Positions 63,155-64,000 of a DNA stretch of 64,000 bases are shown in pieces (within the stretch, counting starts at the first letter, position 1; each line of letters begins with the position of its first letter). The stretch is from Clostridia bacterium (GTDB lineage: Bacteria; Bacillota; Clostridia; TANB77; UBA1234). Location of the stretch: NCBI GenBank assembly GCA_017518295.1, contig JAFWVJ010000022.1:19614-83613 (forward strand). The letters are read 5' to 3'. The position numbers and the translations under genes are program-made. The notes under the pieces were generated by a model. That model saw nothing but the letters and a program-made list of their open reading frames with translations, was not told the origin of the DNA and made no database searches.

Positions 63155-63196
63155 TACAACGTTGCGCTAGGTTAAAAGTGCAACGTAGGGGGAAAA

Positions 63197-64000
63197 ATGA
63201 GAAAAAGTACTATTCTAAAGATGGGTAGAAACTTAGCATTTTTCGTTGCTCTTATTGCAATCACGTTTTACTTTGTTTTTAAAGATCAAGATTTATTTGA
63301 GCTATGGGAAGTGTTAAAGTCTTCTAATTTAATATATATATCAGTAGCAATTCTTTGTATGTTTGTTTATTTCTTTATGGAATCATACAATGTAAGAAGG
63401 ATTCTTTATGTGTTTGGCGAAAAGAAGATTTCTATTTTTAGAGGCATAAAATATACTCTAATAGGATTTTTCTTTAGTGCTATTACACCTTGTGCATCTG
63501 GTGGACAACCAATGGAAATCTATTATATGAATAAAGATGGGCTTTCTATTGCAAGATCTACGATGGCACTTTTAATTCAGCTTTGTGGATACCAAATTTG
63601 CACAATTTCACTTGCGGTAATTAGTGCATTTATAACTCCTTCTTTATTACAAGGTAGCGTTTTGTGGCTGCTTATATTAGGTCTTTTATTAAATGGTTCA
63701 GCATTAACTGTAATGCTTATTTGTATATTTTCAAAAAGACTTACAAGAAAATTAATTAATTTAGTTATAAAGATTGCAAAAGCATTTAGGAAAAAGAATA
63801 TAGAAGCTTTTAAGAAAAACTTAGAAGATGGTCTTAAAAAATATGAAGATAGTGCAGAGTTTATACACACACATAAAAGTGAATTTGTAAAAGCAATTTT
63901 AAGAGTGCTTGTTCAAATAATCTTTTATCATTCAGTTCCATATTTTGTATATAGATCATTTGGACTTGATGCATTAAATTACATACAATTCTTAACTATG
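63197..64000 (+). CDS. Flippase-like / lysyl-phosphatidylglycerol-synthase transmembrane-region (UPF0104) family membrane protein, 3' end cut by window edge
   Basis: Perfect promoter TTGACA-17-TATAAT, RBS GGGGG; multi-TM with ITPCASGGQPME block; open to position 64000. The ORF track shows only a spurious antisense ORF here. Confidence 0.6.
   Translation, partial: MRKSTILKMGRNLAFFVALIAITFYFVFKDQDLFELWEVLKSSNLIYISVAILCMFVYFFMESYNVRRILYVFGEKKISIFRGIKYTLIGFFFSAITPCASGGQPMEIYYMNKDGLSIARSTMALLIQLCGYQICTISLAVISAFITPSLLQGSVLWLLILGLLLNGSALTVMLICIFSKRLTRKLINLVIKIAKAFRKKNIEAFKKNLEDGLKKYEDSAEFIHTHKSEFVKAILRVLVQIIFYHSVPYFVYRSFGLDALNYIQFLTM

Noticed and set aside
63577-63870. ORF 63577..63870 (-)
   Set aside because: Antisense to a forward-strand frame open to the window end that encodes a recognisable multi-TM family protein with promoter and RBS
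1-64000. CRISPR arrays, IS elements, integrases, prophage structural genes
   Set aside because: No regularly spaced direct repeats with unique spacers. No transposase, tyrosine or serine recombinase-like ORFs and no terminase, portal or capsid-like ORFs were recognised

Overview
This is a low-GC (Firmicutes-like) chromosomal segment in which ordinary core genes alternate with accessory loci. I found no rRNA, no intact tRNA, no CRISPR array, no IS element and no integrase or transposase.

Recognisable core genes include L-lactate dehydrogenase, D-Ala-D-Ala carboxypeptidase, ZIP metal transporter, alpha-amylase, YbaK deacylase, LuxS, a frameshifted uracil permease, LMW-PTP, acyl-ACP thioesterase and an SLH surface protein.

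Four things stand out.

1. An envelope-stress style cluster at 1-11.6 kb. It contains ABC transporter parts, an XpaC-like membrane protein, a substrate-binding protein fused to an OmpA-like domain, two vWA proteins, TelA/KlaA, a kinase-like protein, a divergent PurA-like ligase and a 560-aa protein with four zinc ribbons. Two of its genes sit in G+C-rich blocks unlike their flanks.

2. A previously unreported ~30-bp near-perfect palindrome (consensus AATG[A/T]TTTTTGGACCTGTCCCAAAAAACAT[T]) present in 11 copies at 10 loci between 24.6 and 46 kb. Most copies lie 20-45 bp upstream of start codons of accessory genes, including luxS. Some overlap stop codons, one lies in-frame inside a NERD gene, and one marks the junction of a Nudix/kinase-fragment duplication. 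Its outer arms recur in a 27-bp perfect palindrome in the TelA divergent promoter region.

3. A defence island at 37-46 kb. It carries a complete DpnII-like GATC restriction-modification system (Dam-like methylase, DpnA-like methylase, DpnII endonuclease) plus a DpnD-like small protein. Alongside are a HigB-like toxin with an HTH-ImmA partner, an HNH protein, and a HEPN gene interrupted in an A7 homopolymer. A GGCT-like gene there has an 8-bp x3 tandem repeat that sets its N-terminal reading frame, a candidate phase-variation switch.

4. A tRNA-like 3' fragment at about 47.9 kb with its own promoter and terminator, several compositionally foreign G+C-rich small genes, and a STAS domain fused to a eukaryotic-like kinase.
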